Of a DNA stretch of 45,618 bases, positions 12,353 to 20,908 are shown piece by piece. Position numbers and translations under genes: made by a program. Below the pieces are notes generated by a model. It was not told where the DNA came from. It was given only the letters and a program-made list of their open reading frames with translations, and made no database searches. The DNA lies in contig JAINCO010000058.1 of the NCBI GenBank assembly GCA_036574095.1, positions 1 to 45,618 on the forward strand, read 5' to 3'. How positions within the stretch are numbered: the stretch's first letter is position 1; each line of letters begins with the position of its first letter. Source of the DNA: Campylobacterales bacterium. Lineage in GTDB: Bacteria; Campylobacterota; Campylobacteria; Campylobacterales; UBA6016.

Positions 12353-12952
12353 TTGCAATTAGTGCGCAAATCGAAAAAAGAGCTTAAACGCGAAGAGATT
12401 GTTCAGGCAGCTTGTAGGTTGTTTGCGTCGAAAGGGTACTATCTAACGACGATAGCCGATATTGCTGATGATGTGGGAATGAGTGTTGGGAATATGTACA
12501 ACTACTTTACCTCCAAAGAGGAGTTGGCTAAATATATCATCCAGTTTGCATCGCGTTATTTGGGGGAGAGGATGCGTGTGATTAATGAGGCCCCCCTTTC
12601 TGTGCGCGACAAGATCTTTTCCATCGTACGCCTCTATTTGGAGGCGGCGGTTGAGAAGCCCGAGTTGATTGACTACTTTTTGAGAGTGTATCTTGCTAAT
12701 CGGGAGGTCTTTTCCCAGGGGTGTCAGGGGTTGCTGTGTGTTGGAGAGTTCGTTACAGAGGTGATGATCCTCCTTGAAGAGGGGGCGCGCTCTGGAGAGC
12801 TTCGCAACCAAGAGTTTTTTACCGCCTTTTCTATGATGATGGGAACTCTCGCAGGGTTTGTTTTTCTTTCAGGGGAAGAGGTTCTCCCTCGTGACCTCCT
12901 AAGCTACAGTGATGAGATCGCTGACAACATCTGGCGCGCCCTCAAAGCCTAA
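12353..12952 (+). CDS. TetR/AcrR-family regulator, hydrogenase-linked
   Basis: HTH LFASKGY..TTIADIA..VGMSVGNMYNYFTSKEEL; overlaps the start of the hydrogenase small-subunit gene. Confidence 0.93.
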   Translation: MQLVRKSKKELKREEIVQAACRLFASKGYYLTTIADIADDVGMSVGNMYNYFTSKEELAKYIIQFASRYLGERMRVINEAPLSVRDKIFSIVRLYLEAAVEKPELIDYFLRVYLANREVFSQGCQGLLCVGEFVTEVMILLEEGARSGELRNQEFFTAFSMMMGTLAGFVFLSGEEVLPRDLLSYSDEIADNIWRALKA

Positions 12953-13828
12953 AAAGCAGAAGGCCATTTGGCTTCAAGGCATCACCTGTCATGGCAACAC
13001 CCATGCTTTTTTATCGCATGAAAGATCTGAGCGTGAAGCTTTTTTGGCCCTCTATGAACTCATTCATCCCCATCTTGATCCGCCCATATCGTATGTAAGG
13101 CAACAAGAGCCCTTTGATCTGTTGATTATCGAAGGGGCATTGCCAACTGCCACCGGGGTTTATTGGGCCGGAGGAGAGGATCTGCTTTATTTGGCGCAAA
13201 GATTGATTAGATTAGCTCGGGCTATTATCCTTGCGGGAAGCTGCGCAGTCTTTGGGGGAGTTCATCGGCTGGGGCGAGAGGAGGCTACGGGCCTTCTTAG
13301 TGCTGGTGAAGAAGATAAGGGGTGGCTTGAGAGCCAAGGCGTGAGCTCTTTAGCGAAAATCATTGCATTGCCAGGATGTCCAGTCCATCCGGCATGGATT
13401 ATTCAGAGTGGTGTGGCGCTGGCGTTGGGTGTTGAGCTTTTGTGCGATGAAAAGCATCGACCGTTGGCTTACTATGGAATGACTGTGCATGAGGGATGTA
13501 CACGTTGCGAAGCATTTGAGTGGAAGATCGAGGCTGATCGTTTTGGATCTGCTCAAGGTTGTCTTTTTTATCATCAAGGGTGTCGTGGCCCATGACATTA
13601 GGCGGGTGTAATGCAACCCTTTGGAATGGCATCAACTCAAAAACCCGCGCGGGTGTTCCTTGTTTTGGGTGTATGGCCTATGACTTTCCACGACATGGTC
13701 TCTTTGAAACAAAAAAATATATGGGGCTTCCTGATGAGATGCCGCTGGGGGTCTCTAAGCGCGCCTACTTTACGATGGCTGGTGTTGCCAAATCATTTCG
13801 GCATGAAAGACTTGGTTCATGCAAGTAA
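12909..13828 (+). pseudogene. Cytoplasmic group-2d-like [NiFe]-hydrogenase small subunit, frameshifted/split at ~13592
   Basis: WLQGITCHGN, GSCA, PGCP, HEGCTR, CLFYHQGCRGP then TGA (13593-95); continues in the -1 frame as MTLGGCNATLWNG..PCFGC; no Tat signal. May be a sequencing error rather than a true pseudogene. Confidence 0.8.
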
Positions 13829-15006
13829 CCTATGAGGTGTTGGCTCGTATCGAAGGGGAGGCGACATGGTCACTTGGTTGGCAGGATGGTCGGATCGTTT
13901 CGGCACAAATTACATTTCCTAATGTACGTGGTTTTGAGCGAATATTGCAAGGGCGGCCGGCATGGGATGCGCTTGTTATCACACCTCGTGTCTGTGGGAT
14001 TTGTGGGCAGGCACATCAGTTGGCAGCGGCGCGTGCCATTGAGGCAGTTTTTATCCGCGAAGGACGAGAGGTTGAGCTCTCATCAAAAGCCAACGAAGTT
14101 AGACTGATCCTATCAAGAGCTGAGCGGCTGCAAAGCCACCTAAAATGGGCAGCATTGACACTTCTTCCGCTTCTTGGGGGCGATCAAGAAACAAGAGAGG
14201 ATCTGCTTGAAGGGGCATCAAAACTTGCACGTATGATGGCACTTTTGGCTGGCCAGTATCCCCATAGCAGCGCGATGATTCCTGGTGGAACAACCTACCA
14301 TGGAAGTGTTGCTGACTATGTGAGGGGTGTTGTTTTGGCCCGTGAGATTGACCAGTTGATTGCTCGCCCCCTCGCTTTTCTAAACGAGGCTTGTCAAACA
14401 TCGACGATTCTTGCAAGGATACCCGGTGTAGCACATCCACTTTTGGTTCTGGAAGCACGCAAGGGGATCGTGGATGGTCAGGTTATTGATCTTGAGCCTG
14501 AAGATATAAGTATCCACGCCTCCCCTTATGGCAAGGCTCTTCCTGTGCGTATCGGAGGGAGGAGCTGGGAGGTTGGTCCTGTTGCGCGCGCAGCCTTGCG
14601 CTTGCCAGAGTGGCGCGAGCGTTTGGCTTGCGAGGGGATAAGAGCTAAAGATCGGATCGTAGCCCGCTTAGAAGAGATTAGCCTAGATGCAAGTGAACTT
14701 CATCAAAGTTGGCAGCGATTGGCTGTCAGTAGTGGCGTGTGGGATGAGCGGGCCAACGAGAAGATTAGTGGGGAGGGATGGGGGGTGGTAGAGGCGGCGC
14801 GCGGTAGTCTTGCGCACTATGTGCGGCTTGACGATGGGATGATTCAAGAGTATCGCCTTGTTACGCCAACTCAGTGGAATCTTGGCCCCTCACTACCTGA
14901 CTCTCCTTCAGTTGCCGAAGAGGCGCTTATCGGATTGCATTCGCCGGATGAGGCAGAGTTTGTTATCCGAAGTTTTGATCTATGCGCTGTCTGCACGACA
15001 CACTAA
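13819..15006 (+). CDS. Cytoplasmic group-2d-like [NiFe]-hydrogenase large subunit (compact, 395 aa)
   Basis: RIEGE, L1 PRVCGICGQAH, EAARG, PTQWN, L2 RSFDLCAVCTTH ending at the His (no cleavable tail). Confidence 0.88.
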   Translation: MQVTYEVLARIEGEATWSLGWQDGRIVSAQITFPNVRGFERILQGRPAWDALVITPRVCGICGQAHQLAAARAIEAVFIREGREVELSSKANEVRLILSRAERLQSHLKWAALTLLPLLGGDQETREDLLEGASKLARMMALLAGQYPHSSAMIPGGTTYHGSVADYVRGVVLAREIDQLIARPLAFLNEACQTSTILARIPGVAHPLLVLEARKGIVDGQVIDLEPEDISIHASPYGKALPVRIGGRSWEVGPVARAALRLPEWRERLACEGIRAKDRIVARLEEISLDASELHQSWQRLAVSSGVWDERANEKISGEGWGVVEAARGSLAHYVRLDDGMIQEYRLVTPTQWNLGPSLPDSPSVAEEALIGLHSPDEAEFVIRSFDLCAVCTTH

Positions 15007-15012
15007 CTAAGC

Positions 15013-15040
15013 GTAATACTTTTTACATTATTAGTATTAC
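15013..15040. promoter_or_regulatory. Putative NikR operator upstream of hydA
   Basis: Perfect inverted repeat GTAATACT-N12-AGTATTAC (GTAATA-N16-TATTAC), same 6-16-6 geometry as the E. coli NikR site GTATGA-N16-TCATAC. Confidence 0.7.
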
Positions 15041-15079
15041 TGATGATTTCATTTTTATTTAAGCTGCTCCTTGCTACCA

Positions 15080-15099
15080 TAATGAATGAATATTCATTA
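15080..15099. promoter_or_regulatory. Putative TetR-family operator upstream of hydA
   Basis: Perfect palindrome TAATGAAT-GAAT-ATTCATTA; core recurs at 35483-35498. Confidence 0.65.
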
Positions 15100-15112
15100 G
15101 CAAGGAGGAGCT

Positions 15113-16351
15113 ATGCAAGATGGTCGAAAGAGTAAGCTCTTTACGCAGGCACCTGTAGCGATTGAGACCAATCGAGGAAAGGATTTCTATCAGCGGTTCA
15201 GAGAGCAATGTGTTGCTAGGTTGAAGCAACTGCGCGCCCAAGAGCCTGTGGGTGGACGGATGAGCATGATAGACGTTATCCAAAGTGAGGGGATCAATCG
15301 CCGCGATTTCCTTAAGTGGGTGTCGATGACGACAGCAGCCTTGATGCTACCAGCCTCATTTGAGCCACTTGTAGCCGAGGCGGTTGAGGTGATGAACCGT
15401 GTCCCGGTTATTTGGATTGAATTGCAAGATTGTGCGGGCAACTCTGAGGCTATCTTGCGCTCGTCGGCTCCGACGATTGATGAGCTTATTTTTGATGTGA
15501 TTAGCCTTGAGTATCACGAAACGCTGATGGCGGCATCGGGCCATCAGGCCGAGAAGCAACTTGAGGATGCGTTGCACACCTTTAAGGGCAAATACATTCT
15601 CTTTGTTGAGGGGTCAGTGCCGCTAGCAATGAACGGCCAATATGGCACAATTGGTCCTAAAGGTGAAACCTTTGAAGAACACCTCAAGCGGCTAGCAGCA
15701 GATGCTGTTGCGGTTGTGGCGGTGGGAAGCTGCGCAACCTTTGGGGGTGTGCCGGCGGCTTCTCCTAATCCTACAGGAGCGGTTGGCGTGATGGATGTTA
15801 TCAAAGGAAAGCCAATCATTAACATTCCTGCCTGTCCGGCTAATCCGGCCAATATTGTTGGGGTTATTCTTCACTATGTTCTTTCAGGGACAATTCCTGA
15901 GCTTGATGCGCTCTTAAGACCCAAATTTGCGTTTGGCTATCGTATCCATGATAATTGCGAGAGGCGTGCCCATTTTGATGCGGGTGAGTTTGTTGAGGAG
16001 TGGGGTGATCATGGTGCCCAACACAACTGGTGTCTGTATAAGATGGGATGCAAGGGGCCGATGACATTCAACAACTGCTCAATCATCCGTTATAATGATG
16101 GTGTCAATTGGCCTATCGGTGTGGGACGAGGGTGTATTGGGTGTTCTGAGCCCGATTTTTGGGATAAATATGCCTATGAGCGGCCTATGGCTGATGCCGA
16201 TATCAAGGCGCCGGGCGGTGGTGTGGAGATGGCCGTGGATAAGTTTGGCTTGGGACTTTTGAGTGCAACGGCTGTAGGTATTGCCATCCATGCGGCAGCG
16301 AGTGCTATGGCTGGCAAAAAGAGTGATAGTGACAAAGGAGATGAGGCATGA
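15113..16351 (+). CDS. hydA: Membrane-bound group-1 [NiFe]-hydrogenase small subunit
   Basis: Tat motif NRRDFLK, DCAGNSE, PACP, IHDNCERR, CLYKMGCKGP, GCIGC, C-terminal anchor helix. Confidence 0.95.
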   Translation: MQDGRKSKLFTQAPVAIETNRGKDFYQRFREQCVARLKQLRAQEPVGGRMSMIDVIQSEGINRRDFLKWVSMTTAALMLPASFEPLVAEAVEVMNRVPVIWIELQDCAGNSEAILRSSAPTIDELIFDVISLEYHETLMAASGHQAEKQLEDALHTFKGKYILFVEGSVPLAMNGQYGTIGPKGETFEEHLKRLAADAVAVVAVGSCATFGGVPAASPNPTGAVGVMDVIKGKPIINIPACPANPANIVGVILHYVLSGTIPELDALLRPKFAFGYRIHDNCERRAHFDAGEFVEEWGDHGAQHNWCLYKMGCKGPMTFNNCSIIRYNDGVNWPIGVGRGCIGCSEPDFWDKYAYERPMADADIKAPGGGVEMAVDKFGLGLLSATAVGIAIHAAASAMAGKKSDSDKGDEA

Positions 16352-18077
16352 GCAAGCATATTATTATTGATCCCATCACCCGTATTGAAGGGCATCTGCG
16401 TATTGAAGTAAAGCTTGATGAAAACAATGTCGTCCTGATGCCTATAGCTCCTCAACGATGTTTCGTGGGATTGAGACAATTCTTAAGGGGCGCGATCCAC
16501 GTGATGCTGGTTTGTTGGCGATGCGCATTTGTGGTGTGTGTACAGGTACCCACTATGCTCGAAGTATCGAGGCGGTTGAGCATGCCTTTGGTGTGAAGGT
16601 TCCAACGAATGCGAGGCTTGTGCGAAACCTCATTCAGGGGGCTCTTTATCTACATGACCATCCAGTTCACTTCTATCACCTTCATGGACTCGATTTTGTT
16701 GATGTGGTTTCGGCACTTTCGGCTGATCCCAAAAAGGCGGTTGAGGTAGCCCATCGATTTACCGACACACCTTGGAATGCCAGTGAGGCCACCTACACGG
16801 CTGTCAAAGAACGGGTGTCTAAGTTTGTCAAGCAAGGACGCTTAGGGCTTTTTGGGAATGGCTACTGGGGAAATATGAGCTATAAATTTACTCCTGAAGA
16901 GAATCTTGTGGTGCTAAGCCACTATCTTGATGCCCTCGAAATTCAACGCGATTTGGCAAAAATGAGTGCAATTTTTGGCGGTAAGCAGCCTCATCCGCAA
17001 AGTATCGTTGTTGGTGGGGTAACCTGCATCCAGGATATCAAAAATCCTTCCCGCATCGCTTTGTTCAAAGAGCTCTTAGAAAAAGGGCGCCGATTTATCA
17101 AAAACGCGTATATTCCTGATTTGCTTTTAGCAGGAAAGGCTTATGGTGATGAGGCGCTGGCTGGTGTTGGCGCGGGATTGGGAAATTATCTTTCGTATGG
17201 TGATTTTCGTCTTGATGATAATGACTTTTACAAAGCAAGTCTTCTTTTCCCATCGGGTGTTGTCTATCATAAAGATTTGACAAAAGTCTTTGATCTTGAC
17301 CAGAGCAAGATTAAAGAGGATGTGACCCACAGTTGGTATAAGGGTTCTAAGAGCCTCCATCCTTTTGAGGGACAAACTGAGCCTGAGTATACGGGGTTGC
17401 AGAAAAAAGAGGATGGTTTTGCCTATCTTAAGACAGAAGAGAAGTATAGCTGGATCAAATCACCAACCTATGATGATCAGCGCGTCGAGGTTGGGCCACT
17501 GGCGCGGATGGTGGTTGGCTATGCGAGAGGTGACCGACGAATTCAGGGGTATGTTAATGATTTTCTTAAGCGTGGTAATCTTCCAGCCTCTGTTCTTTTC
17601 TCCACAATTGGTCGCACGGCAGCGCGCGGCATCGAAACAGAGTTAATGGCCGATGCGATGGTTGAATGGGTCGATCAGTTGGCTAAGAATGTTGCCTCTG
17701 GTAACCTTGAGACATGGACAAAGTTCGATTTTGATCATGTGAGCCAAGAGGCAGAGGGGTATGGCATGGCTGAGGCACCTCGCGGAGCCTTGGGGCATTG
17801 GGTGCGTATCAAAAATGGCAAGATCGAAAACTACCAAGCGGTTGTTCCAAGTACATGGAATGCTGCACCTCGCGATGGTAAGGGGCGCATGGGGGCCTAT
17901 GAAGCAAGTCTTATAGGCACAAAGCTTGCTAATCCCGAGCAGCCTCTTGAGATCTTACGCACGATTCATAGCTTCGATCCTTGCATTGCTTGTGCGGTCC
18001 ATGTGATCGATGCGAAGGGTAAAAACCTCGGTGAATTCAAACTTAATCCCCTTTCAGGAGCTTCCTGTGGCCTCTGA
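16348..18077 (+). CDS. hydB: Membrane-bound [NiFe]-hydrogenase large subunit, with apparent 1-nt frameshift at ~16435
   Basis: N-terminus IDPITRIEGHLRIEV in one frame; DAYSSSTMFRGIE, RICGVC ... HSFDPCIACAVH plus tail in the next frame. Confidence 0.9.
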
Positions 18078-18768
18078 GGTGCGCGTTCCCGTCAAGCGAA
18101 TGACCCGAACGGGACGCATCATTCACTGGGTCAATGCTCTTTCTATCGTTGCGGCTGTAGTAACAGGTTTGTATATCGGCCATCCATATTACCAGACCCT
18201 CATCAGTGATCCAGCCGTCGATAAATATGTGATGGCGTGGAATCGATTGATCCATTTTATTGGGGCGATTGTATTGGATGTCACCTCGGTTATCATTGTT
18301 TATCTCTACTTTTTTAGTCGCTTTGAAAAGGCCTATAAAAAGTTAATCCCCAACGCTCAAAACATTCTGGAGTTTAAAGAGGTTGTGATTAACCTTGTTA
18401 CGTTAAATCGACATAAACGTTTCGATAGTCGCCATGCTGACAGTTTTAATACGGTATACTTTACGATACTCCACCTCTTGCTCTTGTGGATGCTTGTAAC
18501 TGGGCTTCAGATGTATGTTCATGGCCTGTCGAGTGGCGAGAGTGCGATTGGTGCTTGGTGGCCTTGGTTGCTTCATGCTATGACTGATTGGACTTTGTGG
18601 GTGTGTGGTGGCATGATGGGGGTACGTGAGAGCCATCATGAAACAATGTACTGGATTTTGGCATGGACTATGTTTCATATCTATTATCAAATCTGGCGTA
18701 CGATCTATTGGCGTGAAGGGGATATAGCGATTGTCTTTGGCGGAGAAAAATTTGTCTTTAAATCCTAA
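18067..18768 (+). CDS. hydC: Hydrogenase cytochrome b subunit
   Basis: RIIHWVNA, TGLYI, RLIHF, HH..W...HIY heme ligands; GTG 18067 follows AGGAG. Confidence 0.92.
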   Translation: MASEVRVPVKRMTRTGRIIHWVNALSIVAAVVTGLYIGHPYYQTLISDPAVDKYVMAWNRLIHFIGAIVLDVTSVIIVYLYFFSRFEKAYKKLIPNAQNILEFKEVVINLVTLNRHKRFDSRHADSFNTVYFTILHLLLLWMLVTGLQMYVHGLSSGESAIGAWWPWLLHAMTDWTLWVCGGMMGVRESHHETMYWILAWTMFHIYYQIWRTIYWREGDIAIVFGGEKFVFKS

Positions 18769-19342
18769 GATCGTCGTTGTAGGCGTTGGCAATGTTCTTT
18801 TTAGGGATGAAGGGGTAGGGGTCTTTGCGGCAAAGTTTCTTGAAGCCAACTACACCTTTACTCCTCCTATTGAGATCGTTGATGGAGGAACCCTTGGCTT
18901 TGGTCTCATGGGTTATTTTCACGAGTATGAGCGCGTTGTGATCGTTGATACAGTTTCGGTGGAAGATGAGCCGGGGGCGCTTTATCGACTTCCTTCTGAT
19001 GTATTGATGGGTATGGGAAGTTACCGAAAAACAGCCCATGAGGTTGAGGTTCTGGAGATGCTTGAGATCTGTTCACTGTTAGAGAAGATAGCAGATGTAG
19101 TTGTGATCGGTATCGTCCCTGAGGATATCCAAACGGTTCAGATTGGCCTCTCTAAGCCGATTGAAGAGGCTTTTAGTGCGTTGATAGCCGCTATCGTGCG
19201 TGAGGTGGAGAGTTATGGCGTGCAGGTGGCACACAAGTTAGAACAGGTGCCTCTTAAAGAGGTTGTTGTAAGTTTCTTGGGTTCTTACCAAGGAACAGCA
19301 GTACAATCGGAGGCGGCATGGATCAGATCATCGATGCCCTAA
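18752..19342 (+). CDS. hydD: Hydrogenase maturation endopeptidase (HyaD/HybD family)
   Basis: GVGNVLFRDEGVG, DGGT, AHE motifs; TTG start after GGAG. Confidence 0.93.
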   Translation: MSLNPKIVVVGVGNVLFRDEGVGVFAAKFLEANYTFTPPIEIVDGGTLGFGLMGYFHEYERVVIVDTVSVEDEPGALYRLPSDVLMGMGSYRKTAHEVEVLEMLEICSLLEKIADVVVIGIVPEDIQTVQIGLSKPIEEAFSALIAAIVREVESYGVQVAHKLEQVPLKEVVVSFLGSYQGTAVQSEAAWIRSSMP

Positions 19343-20013
19343 AAGAGCATGATCTAACCCAAGAGCGCGTGTTGTGTGTTTGGTGGTCGATGAGAGAGGG
19401 TGGTAGTGGTCTATATGCCTATGCGCCTGGGCGCGAACCAGCACGGTTATCGGGTTTTTTGCCACTTCCTAAGCAAGGGGCTTTGGTGTGGGATGCGATC
19501 GAGGTGCTTGATGAGAGTGCATCACGCCTTCTTCCTCGTTTTTATGAGCGCTTTCCTGAATGCTACGAGGTGTTGCAAAGCTTGGATGTAGGTGAGCTGG
19601 CTACCGATGCACCATTGTGGATGTTAGCGTGTGCTGGGGCAATCATGGGGCTTAGTGATGAAGAGGTGGTAGAGGCTCTCAAGATGGAGCGTGGTAGTCT
19701 TCAGGTTGAGATGAAGAATCGATTGGATGGAGGGATTGCCAGGCTTGATACATTAAGAGCACTTCGTTCGCTTATAAGCTATAAAGTCGCGGGTGTTGCT
19801 AATGCGCAACTTGCCTTTTCGCTCTTTGAATCATTGGCCGACTATCTCTTAGCGACACTAAATGATGCAGCGCACCATTTCCCCGTTCTTCGCGTCCTCA
19901 CCGTGGGTGACTTGATCGCAGGCAATATAATTCTCAGGCGCCGTCTAAGCCATCGAGGTGGGAGCTACCAGTGGTTTGGACTGGATGCCCCCAAAGAAGA
20001 TCACTCGATATAG
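19318..20013 (+). CDS. Short HydE-like hydrogenase accessory protein
   Basis: Position after hydD; C-terminal LRSLISYKVAGV..LAFSLFESLADYL resembles the HydE C-terminal region (recognition from memory, not a search). Confidence 0.55.
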   Translation: MDQIIDALKEHDLTQERVLCVWWSMREGGSGLYAYAPGREPARLSGFLPLPKQGALVWDAIEVLDESASRLLPRFYERFPECYEVLQSLDVGELATDAPLWMLACAGAIMGLSDEEVVEALKMERGSLQVEMKNRLDGGIARLDTLRALRSLISYKVAGVANAQLAFSLFESLADYLLATLNDAAHHFPVLRVLTVGDLIAGNIILRRRLSHRGGSYQWFGLDAPKEDHSI

Positions 20014-20510
20014 CGCATCTTCTCTTCGAAAAGGATTTTATCCAGGCTTGCAAAGAAGGCGCGGTACCAGTTGCTGTTTTCGATGTTACCCATGCCAACA
20101 ACCGCGTATTTGCCTGTCAAAGGAACGGGAATAGGAAGCGTAATACCTGCGGCGCCAATGGTGCCGATCTCTGATTTTTTCTTGAAGGTATTGTAGCTAG
20201 CAATAACAGCGATGTGGGTTAAGCTATTGACCTCGATAGGTCGCAGCGAGATCGAAACAGTGATCTCTGTTGTCGTGCTATCGTTATATTGATTACCCTT
20301 GGCAGTGATAACACCATCTTGTTTGGTGACTGTGACGATGTTGAGGTTTGATTGCATGAGGAGTTTTTTGACTCCTTCAAAAAGCTCATCCACACCAACA
20401 GGCATATCTCGTGTCTTATAACACGCCTCGTTCTGGGATAGTTCGCTAACTGGTTCGCCAGCCCATCCTATGACAAAAAGAAGAGGAAGAGTTAGAAGTA
20501 GTCGTTTCAT
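20001..20510 (-). CDS. Hypothetical exported protein
   Basis: Signal peptide MKRLLL..WA; translationally coupled to the upstream lipoprotein. Confidence 0.8.
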   Translation of the reverse strand: MKRLLLTLPLLFVIGWAGEPVSELSQNEACYKTRDMPVGVDELFEGVKKLLMQSNLNIVTVTKQDGVITAKGNQYNDSTTTEITVSISLRPIEVNSLTHIAVIASYNTFKKKSEIGTIGAAGITLPIPVPLTGKYAVVGMGNIENSNWYRAFFASLDKILFEEKMRYIE

Positions 20511-20839
20511 TATTTCTCCTCAGGAACTTTGCAGCTGAAGGTGCCGACATTGCTAACTTTGCCATCGCGGAATTTCAGTGTCAGATTATGGTAAGTTATC
20601 TGATCGCCGATGCGCTGGTTACCCTCGTATTTCCAGAGCTCGTCATTATTGACACGCTGCATTGTCGTTGGCTCGAGTTCGAGTAAAGTGCTAACAACCT
20701 CTTTGCTCATCCCTTTTTCGATTTTATAGGAGCGTTTGATGATGTCTGAAAGGGTGATTTTGGGCTGGTCTGCACCGCAACCACTTAGAAGAAAAGCGAT
20801 AGCCGCCAATGATCCTGCTACAACAATACGATGCTTCAT
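20510..20839 (-). CDS. Lipoprotein with SmpA/OmlA(BamE)-like domain
   Basis: Lipobox LSGC; IEKGMSKEVV..LL..P....W.Y....L.F.DGKV pattern; AAGGAG RBS. Confidence 0.75.
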   Translation of the reverse strand: MKHRIVVAGSLAAIAFLLSGCGADQPKITLSDIIKRSYKIEKGMSKEVVSTLLELEPTTMQRVNNDELWKYEGNQRIGDQITYHNLTLKFRDGKVSNVGTFSCKVPEEK

Positions 20840-20908
20840 TACAACTCCTTCTTATGATATAATGACTTATTATAGCGTATTTTTTCAAGAATGGTGTAGG
20901 GATTGTAG

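Noticed and set aside
13593-13601. Selenocysteine read-through of the TGA in the group-2d small subunit
   Set aside because: The same frame hits TAG two codons later (TGA CAT TAG); homology continues in a different frame and the TGA is not at a Cys position.
15113-15290. About 60-aa extension before the Tat motif of HydA as a novelty
   Set aside because: Long N-regions before RRxFxK are typical of Campylobacterota HydA, and a strong SD supports the 15113 start.
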